A stretch of DNA of 64,000 nt from Candidatus Moraniibacteriota bacterium (GCA_017983435.1 JAGOBM010000001.1:47916-111915); one strand, 5' to 3'; positions 38,513 to 48,501 are shown, counted from the first letter of the stretch. Numbers and translations are program-made. Notes: generated by a model not told the origin, from the sequence alone.

Positions 38513-39106
38513 CTATTTCTCGTGCTTGATCGCGCGGATCTCCTGGAGGAGGATCTCGATCGCCGATTCGATCTTCTCAATGCGCTTCTGGTCCTCGGTG
38601 CGCTCGACAGCGTCTTCCTGGTCATCCCTCTCGATTTCTACGCCGAGCTCATCGACATCCTCAGATATGTCCTCCACATCCTCGCTGATCTCTTTCACGT
38701 CTTCCTGGATGGTATCGATATCCTTGGAAATCTCCTCCACATCCTCGCTGATCTCTTCCACATCTTCCTGGATGGTATCGATATCCTTGGAAATCTCTTC
38801 CACATCCTCAGATATGTCTTCCACGTCTTCGCTCACTTCCTCGATCTGCTTGGCGTGCTGATTGACCGTCATCTGGATGAAGAGCGAGAGATAGATCGCT
38901 TCGAGTGAGACGAGAGTCGTCAGGATAAGCATGATCTGGTCGAACGAGAACCCGAACAGCTGCAGCGTGAAGATGCCGACGAAGAAGCAAGTGTGCAGGA
39001 TGAGCGAGGTCGGCGATCCGAGATACTGTGGGGCAGCGAGCGCGAGGGATTCGACGCGTGAGGCCTTCGGTTCCGTGACTTCCGGCAATGGGAGCGGGGT
39101 TTCCAT
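38513..39106 (-). CDS. DUF1003-family membrane protein with a C-terminal acidic tandem-repeat coiled-coil.
   Basis: FDQIMLILTTLVSLEAIYLSLFIQMTVNQHAKQ matches the DUF1003 core; repeated EDVEEISKDIDTIQ units follow. Confidence 0.6.
   Translation of the reverse strand: METPLPLPEVTEPKASRVESLALAAPQYLGSPTSLILHTCFFVGIFTLQLFGFSFDQIMLILTTLVSLEAIYLSLFIQMTVNQHAKQIEEVSEDVEDISEDVEEISKDIDTIQEDVEEISEDVEEISKDIDTIQEDVKEISEDVEDISEDVDELGVEIERDDQEDAVERTEDQKRIEKIESAIEILLQEIRAIKHEK
38640..38850. repeat. Tandem DNA repeats of about 66 nt, three or more units, inside the DUF1003 gene.
   Basis: Near-identical blocks ATCTCCTCCACATCCTCGCTGATCTCTTCCACATCTTCCTGGATGGTATCGATATCCTTGGAA. Confidence 0.75.
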
Positions 39107-39464
39107 AGATGATTGATAGTGAATGCTGGTAATCGGGCTCCCCGAGAGGAGGACTTTCAAGCAAAAAGCCCTCAATGCGGAGAGGTGATTGAGTCCCGTA
39201 AAAATGAGTAACGGAAAAAATATTTCATTTTTCCCTGGCTTAGTCAGGTGGGTCTCAGTTAGGAATCCGAGGATTCCATCGCTTCTCGTTCTGAAGGCTT
39301 TTCACTGCCAGTATACTCTTCTTTGGCTGTCTGTGCTATCCTGGCGCGGAAAGCCCTTTGGATAAAGCAAAAAAAGTATGTCGGATATCATCGTGCATGA
39401 TCGGACGCAGATTACTCCTGTACCGGGCCTCTGATAGTCGGAAATTCTCATATCTCTCCACCCT

Positions 39465-39893
39465 ATGAAAAAGATCAGACCGAGCATCGCGATACTCGAC
39501 ACCGAGATGGAACCGCTTGCATACCGGAGCCATGCGTTCCGTTGGCTGGACCGATGGCTGCCCGAGGTGGTCGATCTGGTCATGCATGCTTACTGGTATG
39601 CGACTGATCCATCGTATCGCCTGGTCATACAGCTCGACCGCCTGTTCCGTCGGCACTCTGACCGTATCGATCTCCTGCCGGAGTCCTCAGGGGAGCGCGG
39701 CTTCGTTCTTTCGCTCGACCGTCAGGCCGCCCTCTATTTCGTCCAGGATGGCGATCGGTTTTTCTACGAGGGTTGGAGTCTCGCCGGACCAGGAGAAGAG
39801 TACGAGACAGGGAGTCCGCTCGTCGCCGATACGCTCCGCGACGCGCACGAAGCGATCGCCGCGGAAGATACACCTGATCAGGTCAGTGAATAG
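39465..39893 (+). CDS. Hypothetical protein.
   Basis: ORF with ordinary composition. Confidence 0.4.
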   Translation: MKKIRPSIAILDTEMEPLAYRSHAFRWLDRWLPEVVDLVMHAYWYATDPSYRLVIQLDRLFRRHSDRIDLLPESSGERGFVLSLDRQAALYFVQDGDRFFYEGWSLAGPGEEYETGSPLVADTLRDAHEAIAAEDTPDQVSE

Positions 39894-40039
39894 TCCGGTA
39901 TTGTTGACATTCCCAGTATATTCAGTATAATGTTATTGCCCTTTGACAATCTCTGTTTCTCAGAAAGTCGCGGCTTTTTGTTGTTGAAGCTCGGTCGAGC
40001 TTCGCCAAAAGGGTGTTTTGGAAGTGAAAGGAGTCAATC

Positions 40040-40237
40040 ATGAGCAAAGACGTCTATCGTAATGGCGAACTTGTCGGTAAGATCGATGTTACACCTACGG
40101 CTAACGGTGGCACAAAGACAACGGAATCAGAAGTTCTTTCCCGAGATATTTTCGGGTTTGATACGGCAAAGATTACCACGGAAACTTACAGAGACGAGAA
40201 CAATAATGTTACTCGCATCGATGATCGTAAAAAATAA
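40040..40237 (+). CDS. Small hypothetical protein, 65 aa.
   Basis: Strong SD GAAAGGAG 7 nt upstream. Confidence 0.45.
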   Translation: MSKDVYRNGELVGKIDVTPTANGGTKTTESEVLSRDIFGFDTAKITTETYRDENNNVTRIDDRKK

Positions 40238-40597
40238 TCGGCATGGACGTAATTTGTCCATAACCGTATAAAGCAACTCTTCCGGATTCGCAGAAGTATC
40301 GGAGCGACGGAAGCCCCCTCGTACAAGAGTCGCCTGGCGACGAGACGGACAGCTCGTCTTGATCACCAGGTGCACGCATCGCACACAATAGTATCTGAGA
40401 CAGCTAGAATCCCGAGCAGTCTCCTCATCGCTTCATCAGAAGCGGCAGCAGTCAGTATCATCTGGCTGCTTTTTTCTTGCCCGATGGGGCTGCTCCGTGT
40501 TGGGGTGTCCCTATCGCAATACAGTTCTTTTCGTCTGAAACAGGGTGCCGGGTAGCCGATGTGATATGATGGACACATTGCTATTAAAGGAACAGCT

Positions 40598-40816
40598 ATG
40601 TTCGTTCGGCATCATCTCGTACGATATTTTACTCACAATATCGCTGTCGTCGTCGGCGTGGTCTTTGTCTGGCGAGGCATCTGGCATCTTCTCGATATCG
40701 TCGACATCAAGCTTTTCGACGGCAATCTGGCATATACCGCAGTAGGCGGTATTGTCCTCGGTCTGCTTATCCTGTATCTGCCGGACAAGGATCTGAAAGA
40801 GCTGGGAAATCTTTAG
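40598..40816 (+). CDS. Small membrane protein, 72 aa.
   Basis: Two TM helices; followed by a terminator. Confidence 0.35.
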   Translation: MFVRHHLVRYFTHNIAVVVGVVFVWRGIWHLLDIVDIKLFDGNLAYTAVGGIVLGLLILYLPDKDLKELGNL

Positions 40817-40828
40817 CGCCACTCACCC

Positions 40829-40858
40829 AGGGCTTCCACCGGAAGCCCTTTTATTTTT
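40829..40858 (+). terminator. Intrinsic terminator just outside the island's left border.
   Basis: GGGCTTCCaccGGAAGCCC followed by TTTTATTTTT. Confidence 0.7.
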
Positions 40859-40921
40859 ACTCAAAATGGGGTGTAATGCGGCTTGTGGAGCGGGGTATCA
40901 GGTGATAGGATATACGTAACA

Positions 40922-40941
40922 AGTTACGTAACTGATTACGT
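40922..40941. repeat. Left 20-bp direct repeat AGTTACGTAACTGATTACGT, containing the palindrome GTTACGTAAC; an extra inverted arm ACGTAACaaGTTACGT lies just upstream.
   Basis: Identical 20-mer at 49651..49670. Confidence 0.85.
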
Positions 40942-40943
40942 CT

Positions 40944-41120
40944 ATGACCAAGAAAATAACGGGGGATAAGAATACCAGAAAACTGACCAAGCTCGGGGGA
41001 AAGAGTATCGGGCTGACGCTTCCCATTGATATGGTCCGCGAGCTCGGCTGGAGAGAGAAACAGAAAGTTACAGTGAAGAGAGTAAGAGGAGGAGTTCTCA
41101 TCAAAGATTGGAAAGCTTAA
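40944..41120 (+). CDS. AbrB/MazE/SpoVT-like small DNA-binding protein, 58 aa (below the ORF-track size cutoff).
   Basis: Manual translation MTKKITGDKNTRKLTKLGGKSIGLTLPIDMVRELGWREKQKVTVKRVRGGVLIKDWKA; swapped-hairpin-like pattern. Confidence 0.45.
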   Translation: MTKKITGDKNTRKLTKLGGKSIGLTLPIDMVRELGWREKQKVTVKRVRGGVLIKDWKA

Positions 41121-41179
41121 ACGAATATTGATTAAGGATTTATCCCGCTAGATTCACCTGAGTGATCATTTAACTGGGA

Positions 41180-44100
41180 TTGGAAGAAATAGATTGTATG
41201 TCAGCAATAACAAACGTAGGGGCAAATACATTGTCATCTAATCTCAAAAGCATTCTTCCGAATTGTGATCGGGTAGATGCTCTTGTTGGTTATTTCTATT
41301 TTTCTGGATTCAAAGATCTTCATCATGAGCTCGAAGATAAGCAGATTCGGATTCTTGTCGGGATGGATATAGATAGGAAAATAATTGAGAAAGTGTCGAC
41401 ATTGAAGGATATTAATCTTGATTTCCATACGATCGAAACAAAAATTTCGTCTCGCTCAGGGGCGAAAGATGATTATATCGAAAACTTCTCAAAAGTTTTT
41501 AATGATACGGATTATTTTGATAATGAGGAGTCGCAAGTAGCCTTTGAAATATTTCTTGGGAAGATTCAGGATGGGAGTCTGCAGATTAAGAAGACTGCAC
41601 AAGCTAATCATTCTAAATTCTACATACTTCACAATAAACCGGAATTTTCCATGAATGGTATAACTCCGGGTATCGTTATTGAAGGTTCTAGTAATCTAAC
41701 CTTTTCTGGTTTGAAAGGACAAGGGGAGCATAATAGGATTTTGCAAGAAAAACATTATTATGATGATGATGTTCAGCGATTTGAAGAGTGCTGGAATGAT
41801 CCGGACAACATCATTATTACGGATTTGGACTCCTCAGAATCCTTTATCAAGGAGGTGAAGAGCAGAATCTGGCTTTATTCATTGCCGGATCCGCTTCTTA
41901 TGTACTACCGGGTGTTGAGCGAATACTTTTCCATCACGGAAGTCGAGGACATGAAGACCCCGAAGAATATAACCGGCGGGAAGTTTTCTGATCTTAAATA
42001 TCAGAAGGACGCGATCAATCTTGGTATTGACCGGATTAAGAAATTCGGCGGGGTGATAATTGCGGATGTTGTCGGACTCGGGAAAAGTATTGTGGCTTCC
42101 GCTATTGCTCATAACTTAGGCATGAAGACGCTTATCATTGCGCCACCACACCTTGAGAGCCAGTGGAAAGACTACATGGCAGAATTCGATTTCAAAGGTT
42201 TTGTGTATACGACTGGGAAAATCGAGGAGGCTCTCGAGAGACATGGGAGTGATGATGGAAAGTTATTGATTATTCTCGACGAAGCGCATAAGCACCGGAA
42301 CGAGGATACGGACAACTACAAAGTGCTCCATCGTCTCTGTGCTGGTCACTATGTGATGGCTCTTTCCGCGACTCCGTTCAATAATGATCCAAAAGATATC
42401 TATGCGCTCATAAAACTGTTCAGTACACCGGGACAGTCGACTATCCGGACCGTGGAGAATTTGAGCATGTCGTTCCATATGCTTTTCAAGCGATACAAGA
42501 CAGTGAGAAGGCAGCTCCGTAATACAGGAAAAGATGACAATGGCGAGGGGTCTACTATCAGAGTTGAACTTCATTCCATCGCTGATGAATTGCGTAGGAT
42601 GATAGAGCCGCTCATTATCCGGCGATCAAGATTGGATCTCGAGGAAATCGACGAGTACCGGAACGATCTGAAAGCGCAAGGAATTTCTTTCGCGAAGGTA
42701 CATGATCCAGAATTACTCGAGTACGAACTGGGAGATATGTTTGACCTGTATGTTGGGACACTCGAGAAAATCGCTCCGGAAGACAAGAGCACAAGTTTCA
42801 TCGGCGCGAGGTACAAGCCGGCTAGTTATATCCGGCAGGGGTCGGAGTTTATCAAGAAGCTTGTCGAGGGTGACGATGACGAGGATGGCGTATCTCCTGA
42901 AGAAAAACTCCATAGCATCAAACAGGCGCAGGTGAACATCACGAAGTTCATGCGAAGATTACTGGTGAGGCGCTTTGAAAGTTCAATCGGTGCGTTCAAA
43001 CTTTCACTGGGGAATATGATCACGTCTTCGGAAGTGATGCTGGATTGGTATGTGAATAGACATGAAGTTCCTATTTTCAAGAAGGGGGCGCTCCCGGATG
43101 TCGAAGATCTGAATGAGATGGACGATAAGGAACGGGAAGATCTTCTTTCAAAATTCGAGGATAAGGGACTCATCAGGATACCTGTTGCGGAACTTCAGCC
43201 GGAGTTTGAATCGCATTTGAGAAGCGATATAGTTCTGCTTAAAGAGATACAAGGGAAGTGGGCGCACAATTCTGATGATCCGAAATACGAATTCCTTAAG
43301 AAGAAATTGTCTGAAGCTATTTTTCAAGACAAGAAGCGGAAGATCATCATCTTTACGGAGTTTTCTGATACCGCCAATTACGTTTATCAAAAACTGAACG
43401 ATGATGGATTCAAGAGGGTATTCAAATATAGTTCGGAAGATTCCACTGATGAGAACAAGCGGATTATCCGGGCTAATTTTGATGCTGGGTTGGATGATGC
43501 GAAACAAACCGATGATTATGATGTCATTATCGCAACAGATGCGATTTCGGAAGGATTCAACCTGCACCGCGCCGGCATCGTCATCAACTATGATATTCCT
43601 TACAATCCGACGAGAGTGATCCAGCGTGTTGGTCGTATAAACCGCATCAACAAGAAGGTTTTTGACGAGTTGTATATATACAACTTTTTCCCAACTTTGA
43701 CCGGCGAGATGGAGACCCGGACGAAGGCGATCTCGACACTAAAGATGGATCTGATTCATACGCTTCTCGGGGAGGACACCAAGACATTGACATCCGATGA
43801 GGATTTGAAGAATTACTTCGCGAAGCAGTACAAGGAGGAAAATTCGAAAAGCGAGAAGCTCTCATGGGATGCTCCATACAGGAATACCTGGCTCTCCATA
43901 AAAGACGACCAGGATATAATGCGAAAAATCGCTGAAATTCCCCATCGATCAAGAATCGCAAGGAAAGCGAAAATTTCTGGTGTTGTGGCATTTGCCAAGA
44001 AGAGTGGAAACTACGTATTTGCGTTTGGTGAGAGTCCGGAGACTGTGCAGATTGTATCCCCGCAGATTGCTCTACCATTGTTCAATGAGGTCGCGGATTT

Positions 44101-44488
44101 AGAGCAACCTCTCCAGACGACTATCAACTTTGATCCAATTTATAAAATAGCCAAGGAACATATCTTTAAGGATAACACTCGATCGCCGGTTGATAGCGGA
44201 AGAAAACAGGACTCACTTAATAAAATTAAGATCCTTTCGGATAATTATCCTCAAGCCAAAGATCTTTGTATTGACCTGATTAGGGTTATTAAGGATCTTG
44301 ACGGTCTGCCGAACGGAGTGCTTAAGGAAATCGCAGAGCTAAAAATCGACAAGAACGATTTTGGAAAAGCGTTCCAGGAATTGAAGGAGCTCGTGCCACA
44401 CAAGTATCTCGAAAGCATATTTAGGACAGCGGATCGAGCCAATGACACTGGGAAGCTTATTGTCTTATCCGAAGAGTTGGTCGTATGA
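41180..44488 (+). CDS. Fusion of an N-terminal PLD-family (HKD) nuclease domain with an SNF2-family helicase, 1102 aa.
   Basis: HSKFYILHN...GSSNLT matches the HxK...GSxN PLD motif; SNF2 motifs ADVVGLGKS (I), ILDEAHKHRN (II), LSATPFNN (III), and helicase C-terminal motifs DAISEGFNLH and QRVGRINR. Confidence 0.85.
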   Translation: MEEIDCMSAITNVGANTLSSNLKSILPNCDRVDALVGYFYFSGFKDLHHELEDKQIRILVGMDIDRKIIEKVSTLKDINLDFHTIETKISSRSGAKDDYIENFSKVFNDTDYFDNEESQVAFEIFLGKIQDGSLQIKKTAQANHSKFYILHNKPEFSMNGITPGIVIEGSSNLTFSGLKGQGEHNRILQEKHYYDDDVQRFEECWNDPDNIIITDLDSSESFIKEVKSRIWLYSLPDPLLMYYRVLSEYFSITEVEDMKTPKNITGGKFSDLKYQKDAINLGIDRIKKFGGVIIADVVGLGKSIVASAIAHNLGMKTLIIAPPHLESQWKDYMAEFDFKGFVYTTGKIEEALERHGSDDGKLLIILDEAHKHRNEDTDNYKVLHRLCAGHYVMALSATPFNNDPKDIYALIKLFSTPGQSTIRTVENLSMSFHMLFKRYKTVRRQLRNTGKDDNGEGSTIRVELHSIADELRRMIEPLIIRRSRLDLEEIDEYRNDLKAQGISFAKVHDPELLEYELGDMFDLYVGTLEKIAPEDKSTSFIGARYKPASYIRQGSEFIKKLVEGDDDEDGVSPEEKLHSIKQAQVNITKFMRRLLVRRFESSIGAFKLSLGNMITSSEVMLDWYVNRHEVPIFKKGALPDVEDLNEMDDKEREDLLSKFEDKGLIRIPVAELQPEFESHLRSDIVLLKEIQGKWAHNSDDPKYEFLKKKLSEAIFQDKKRKIIIFTEFSDTANYVYQKLNDDGFKRVFKYSSEDSTDENKRIIRANFDAGLDDAKQTDDYDVIIATDAISEGFNLHRAGIVINYDIPYNPTRVIQRVGRINRINKKVFDELYIYNFFPTLTGEMETRTKAISTLKMDLIHTLLGEDTKTLTSDEDLKNYFAKQYKEENSKSEKLSWDAPYRNTWLSIKDDQDIMRKIAEIPHRSRIARKAKISGVVAFAKKSGNYVFAFGESPETVQIVSPQIALPLFNEVADLEQPLQTTINFDPIYKIAKEHIFKDNTRSPVDSGRKQDSLNKIKILSDNYPQAKDLCIDLIRVIKDLDGLPNGVLKEIAELKIDKNDFGKAFQELKELVPHKYLESIFRTADRANDTGKLIVLSEELVV

Positions 44489-47400
44489 TGAAATTCAACG
44501 AGAAATATCAACCCGATGATTTTCTGCAATTTTTGCAGGAGTTTTTACCGGAAGATTTTTCAGAAAAAGAGGAAGATATTGTCATCAACAAGGAACGATA
44601 TAAGGTGATAACCGAAGCTACGGTTCTTGGCTACTGTGGCTCGCTCGATCTTCATGTTTTGGAGATGGTCCATACCAGAGAAAAGGATCCTCGGGTTTCT
44701 ATTACTACAGATGCGTTCAAGATTCTTGCTGATAATTGGATTCATCGTGCGCTGGTCGTTTTTAGGAACAAGGATACCGAGAATTATCGGTTTTCATATT
44801 TGACTATCACTCTTGATCTAAATGATAAGAGTAAAGCAGTTAAAAAGTATTCAAATGCACGGAGATATTCTTTCTATCTAGGAGCGAATGCAAAGGTGCG
44901 GACGCCGGAGCAGCAGTTGATCAAGAAAGGGAGAATTAAGGATGTCGACGATCTGCTCACCCGGTTCTCGGTGGAGGTGGTCAATAAGCAATTCTATCTT
45001 GAGGTGGCCAAATTTTTTGATGAGCTTGTATCGGGTGAGGGTAAAAATTTGTCGCTTCCGAGCGTATCGCAGGAAAACGTAAATGTTAGGAAGAGCTTTG
45101 CTGTCCGGTTGATCGGCCGCCTGATGTTCTGCTGGTTTTTGAAACAGAAGAAATCTGAATCAGGCCAGCTTATTCCCGATGAATTGCTTTCTTCTGATGT
45201 CGCTAGGAAGACAAGTGGTTATTATCACGGCATTCTTGAGCCGCTCTTTTTTGAGGTGCTGAACACGAGTATTAACACTCGTGGCATCAGGAGCGAGTTG
45301 TTCGATAGGGTGCCGTATTTGAATGGTGGACTTTTTAATCCTCAGCCGGAGGATTACTACGAATTAGACGGAAGTACATTTTTTTCGAAGTATATCAATA
45401 CGCTTTCGATAAGTGATCAGTGGTTCGTGGATTTCTTCGAACTCCTCGAACTGTATAACTTCACCATCGATGAAAACACGGTGTTCGATCAGGAGCTTTC
45501 CGTGGATCCGGAGATGCTCGGGAGGATCTTCGAGAATTTGCTTGCCGAGATAAATCCGGAAACCGGGAGCAGCGAGCGGAAACGGACTGGGAGTTTTTAC
45601 ACCCCACGGCAGATCGTGGAGTATATGGTCGACCAGTCGCTCATAGAATACTTCAAGACCAAGACGAGCATCGACGAAGCGAAACTCGCCGCGCTTGTGA
45701 GTTACGATCTTAATGATGATGCTGGCTATCCATTGTCGGATGATGAGAAACAGAAAGTGGTGATGGCGATTGAGACCCTGAAACTTCTTGATCCGGCCTG
45801 TGGATCTGGCGCATACCCGATTGGGGCACTCCAGAAGATCGTTTATATCCTCCAGATCGTCGATCCGGACTGCAAACTCTGGCTTAATGAGAAGCTGAAA
45901 GACGTCCCAGATCTGTACAAACAGAAGATCATTAATGAAGTTCACTCAAACCCATTTGATTACACGCGCAAGCTCGATGTGATTAAAAATTCCATTTTCG
46001 GAGTGGATATCCAGCCGATTGCTGTGGACGTATCTCGTTTGCGGTGTTTTCTTACACTTGTTGTGGAATCGGAGATTGACGATATAAAGCCAAATCGAGG
46101 CATTGAACCACTGCCAAACCTTGATTTCAAATTCGTATGCGCCAATACGTTGATTGGTCTCCCGAAGGCGGAGTCGAGCGGATTGTTTGATGACCATTCT
46201 GGAATTTCAGAACTTTCAAAGATCATGTCAGAGTATTTCTCCTGTAATAGTCAGAGAAAAAATGAAATTCGTCTTAAGTTTCTTCATGTTCAAAAAGATA
46301 TCCTCGAGAAAACTATTTCTGCCTTTGGAAAAAATACTGGAGAGCTCACGCTGAGGCTCGCCACATGGAATCCGTTCAGTAATAATTCTAATAGCTGGTT
46401 TGATCCGGAGTGGATGTTTGGTATTACAGAAAAGTTCGATATTGTAATCGGAAATCCTCCTTATAATGTTAAATTATCTGGCGAGGAGAGAAAATTTTAT
46501 AAAGGAAATTATATAGGGGTAAAGTCTGGAAGACAGGATACCGCTGCAATTTTTGTTGAGGCAGCTTCGCGGTTTAGCAATAACGAATCTATTGTATGTT
46601 TTATCATCCCATACCGGCTGTTCTCTCGAAAAAGAAATCATGGAGCTTTCCAAGAGTATGTTCTGAAAAATTCTTCAATAAATGAGATAGTTTATCTAGG
46701 AAAGGATGCTGGGTTTGACACTGCAAAAGATGAATTTATGATCGTGGTGTTTTCGAAATATGAACACGATAATTCTATAAGAATTTGCAGTAAGCCCGAT
46801 TTCAAGAATCTAAATAGACTAGATTTTTCGCGTGTCGCCCAGTGTATATTCGAGAAAAGTAATGAAATTAATATAAATGTTTCTAAGTTTGACACGCGAA
46901 TTTTATCAAAGATAGAAAAAGGGAATCCCATTTTATCAGACATATGTTATGTCAAAGATGGAATAGTCCCGTATATTCGGGAGAAAATGATAAGCCAAAG
47001 AAAAATTGATGATCGTTATGTAAAGTTCGCTGGTGTTTCTGGAACGTATAAGCTTGATAGGTACGCATTTACCGCAGATGAGATGTATTTATGCTATGAC
47101 ATATTAGAAGCAAAAAAGTATATATCGGATATTAACGAATTAAGAAAAGTGCAGTTAAGGGATAAGGCAATCTTCTTGCAAGATGAGAAAATCATTACTT
47201 CTCAGAATAGCGCGAAATTAAAAGGATCGATTGATACTGAACAGTATTTCGTATCTAATTCGATACACAGTACATACCTCAAAGAAGAATGTAAGGACAA
47301 GTATAAACTATCCTTTATTTTAGGTTGTATCAATTCTTCCTTGCTAAATTATTACTATAACTCGAAGCGGTTGAAGGGAGTGGATTTGCACCCACAGATA

Positions 47401-47610
47401 TTAATTACAACATTGAAACTATTGCCGATTCCAGCGATCATTGGGGAGCGAGTTGTGGTGGTTAAAGAAGTTATTTCTTTAGTTGAGGATGTGATGAGAA
47501 TGAAAAAGTCTGGTACAAATACTGAGGATTTAGAAAACAAGATTGATGAGCTTGTTATGGATCTTTACGGACTCAATGATGAAGAAAAGGAAGTTGTAAG
47601 AAATTCGTAG
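44485..47610 (+). CDS. Gamma-class N6-adenine DNA methyltransferase of the Eco57I/MmeI/PglX type, with an N-terminal domain of about 350 aa and a C-terminal TRD-like region; 1041 aa. Translationally coupled to the upstream gene by an ATGA overlap.
   Basis: GSFYTPRQIVEYMV (motif X), LLDPACGSGAYP (motif I), VIGNPPYNV (motif IV). Confidence 0.85.
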   Translation: MMKFNEKYQPDDFLQFLQEFLPEDFSEKEEDIVINKERYKVITEATVLGYCGSLDLHVLEMVHTREKDPRVSITTDAFKILADNWIHRALVVFRNKDTENYRFSYLTITLDLNDKSKAVKKYSNARRYSFYLGANAKVRTPEQQLIKKGRIKDVDDLLTRFSVEVVNKQFYLEVAKFFDELVSGEGKNLSLPSVSQENVNVRKSFAVRLIGRLMFCWFLKQKKSESGQLIPDELLSSDVARKTSGYYHGILEPLFFEVLNTSINTRGIRSELFDRVPYLNGGLFNPQPEDYYELDGSTFFSKYINTLSISDQWFVDFFELLELYNFTIDENTVFDQELSVDPEMLGRIFENLLAEINPETGSSERKRTGSFYTPRQIVEYMVDQSLIEYFKTKTSIDEAKLAALVSYDLNDDAGYPLSDDEKQKVVMAIETLKLLDPACGSGAYPIGALQKIVYILQIVDPDCKLWLNEKLKDVPDLYKQKIINEVHSNPFDYTRKLDVIKNSIFGVDIQPIAVDVSRLRCFLTLVVESEIDDIKPNRGIEPLPNLDFKFVCANTLIGLPKAESSGLFDDHSGISELSKIMSEYFSCNSQRKNEIRLKFLHVQKDILEKTISAFGKNTGELTLRLATWNPFSNNSNSWFDPEWMFGITEKFDIVIGNPPYNVKLSGEERKFYKGNYIGVKSGRQDTAAIFVEAASRFSNNESIVCFIIPYRLFSRKRNHGAFQEYVLKNSSINEIVYLGKDAGFDTAKDEFMIVVFSKYEHDNSIRICSKPDFKNLNRLDFSRVAQCIFEKSNEININVSKFDTRILSKIEKGNPILSDICYVKDGIVPYIREKMISQRKIDDRYVKFAGVSGTYKLDRYAFTADEMYLCYDILEAKKYISDINELRKVQLRDKAIFLQDEKIITSQNSAKLKGSIDTEQYFVSNSIHSTYLKEECKDKYKLSFILGCINSSLLNYYYNSKRLKGVDLHPQILITTLKLLPIPAIIGERVVVVKEVISLVEDVMRMKKSGTNTEDLENKIDELVMDLYGLNDEEKEVVRNS

Positions 47611-47628
47611 GTATAGTTATAGTTTTGT

Positions 47629-48501
47629 ATGGAAAGTCAGCTTTTTTCAGAAAAATCTTTGGCGGATCATTTATTTGATATCTGTTATGATGGTCCATCT
47701 TTTGATGGTGCCATGGAAATTTCTTTGTTAAAAAATGAAATAGCTGGTCTTGATAATGCTTTACGTATAGCAGCGCAAGTTTTAGCAAAACATAAAAAAA
47801 TCGACTTTCGTTCTGGTGATGTAGAGATTTATATTGAGGCTTTTGAGAGGGGTTCTTTTAAGAAAAAAGTTAAAGTTGTTTTAAAATCTTTACAGGATTT
47901 AAACCAGTATCAAGGTGCGATAGCTCTGGGGGCGTTAGTTATTAGTGTGATGACATTCGTAAAACAACAGGAGACTTTAGATATAGACCATATACCACCG
48001 GAAATAATGGCTCAGTTTAAGACTCAAGTGGAGTATGATTTGTTACAGAATAGAGAATTTCTTAAGTCTGTTTCTGATATTGTTGCCCCATTGAATCAAA
48101 GCGGTGATCATTTACATATAGCCGTCCCGAAAAATTCTGAAACCGATATAGATTACTTGGATAAAGAAAAATTTATTAAATTAGCACTACCCAGCGTGGT
48201 TGAAGGGGTTGATGGCGATAAACACGAGATAATCGTAGGGCGGATTAATCGCGTTGATCTCGATGCTACTATTCGCCATATTGGATTCAAGGTAAAAGGA
48301 GAGGGGTCTTCGATTCCGGCAACGCTTTCAACTCAGGTAAAATCTTCTGTTAGTATGAATGACTTACTGGGGAAGTGGGTGGAAATGGGTGCTTTAACTA
48401 CGTATAAAGGCGATATCAGAGAGCATATCGAGATTGAGGATATAAAAATAGTAGAACAACAAAAACTCCCCATTGATTTTAATAATGAAGGAATCGAGTG
48501 A
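47629..48501 (+). CDS. Hypothetical protein, 290 aa, island cargo.
   Basis: ORF with AT-rich codon usage matching the island. Confidence 0.5.
   Translation: MESQLFSEKSLADHLFDICYDGPSFDGAMEISLLKNEIAGLDNALRIAAQVLAKHKKIDFRSGDVEIYIEAFERGSFKKKVKVVLKSLQDLNQYQGAIALGALVISVMTFVKQQETLDIDHIPPEIMAQFKTQVEYDLLQNREFLKSVSDIVAPLNQSGDHLHIAVPKNSETDIDYLDKEKFIKLALPSVVEGVDGDKHEIIVGRINRVDLDATIRHIGFKVKGEGSSIPATLSTQVKSSVSMNDLLGKWVEMGALTTYKGDIREHIEIEDIKIVEQQKLPIDFNNEGIE

Noticed and set aside
44485-45500. PD-(D/E)xK nuclease in the N-terminal domain of the methyltransferase (type IIG-like)
   Set aside because: I could not find a convincing D...(D/E)xK triad by eye. The nuclease function is more plausibly supplied by the PLD domain of the partner protein. 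This needs a profile search.
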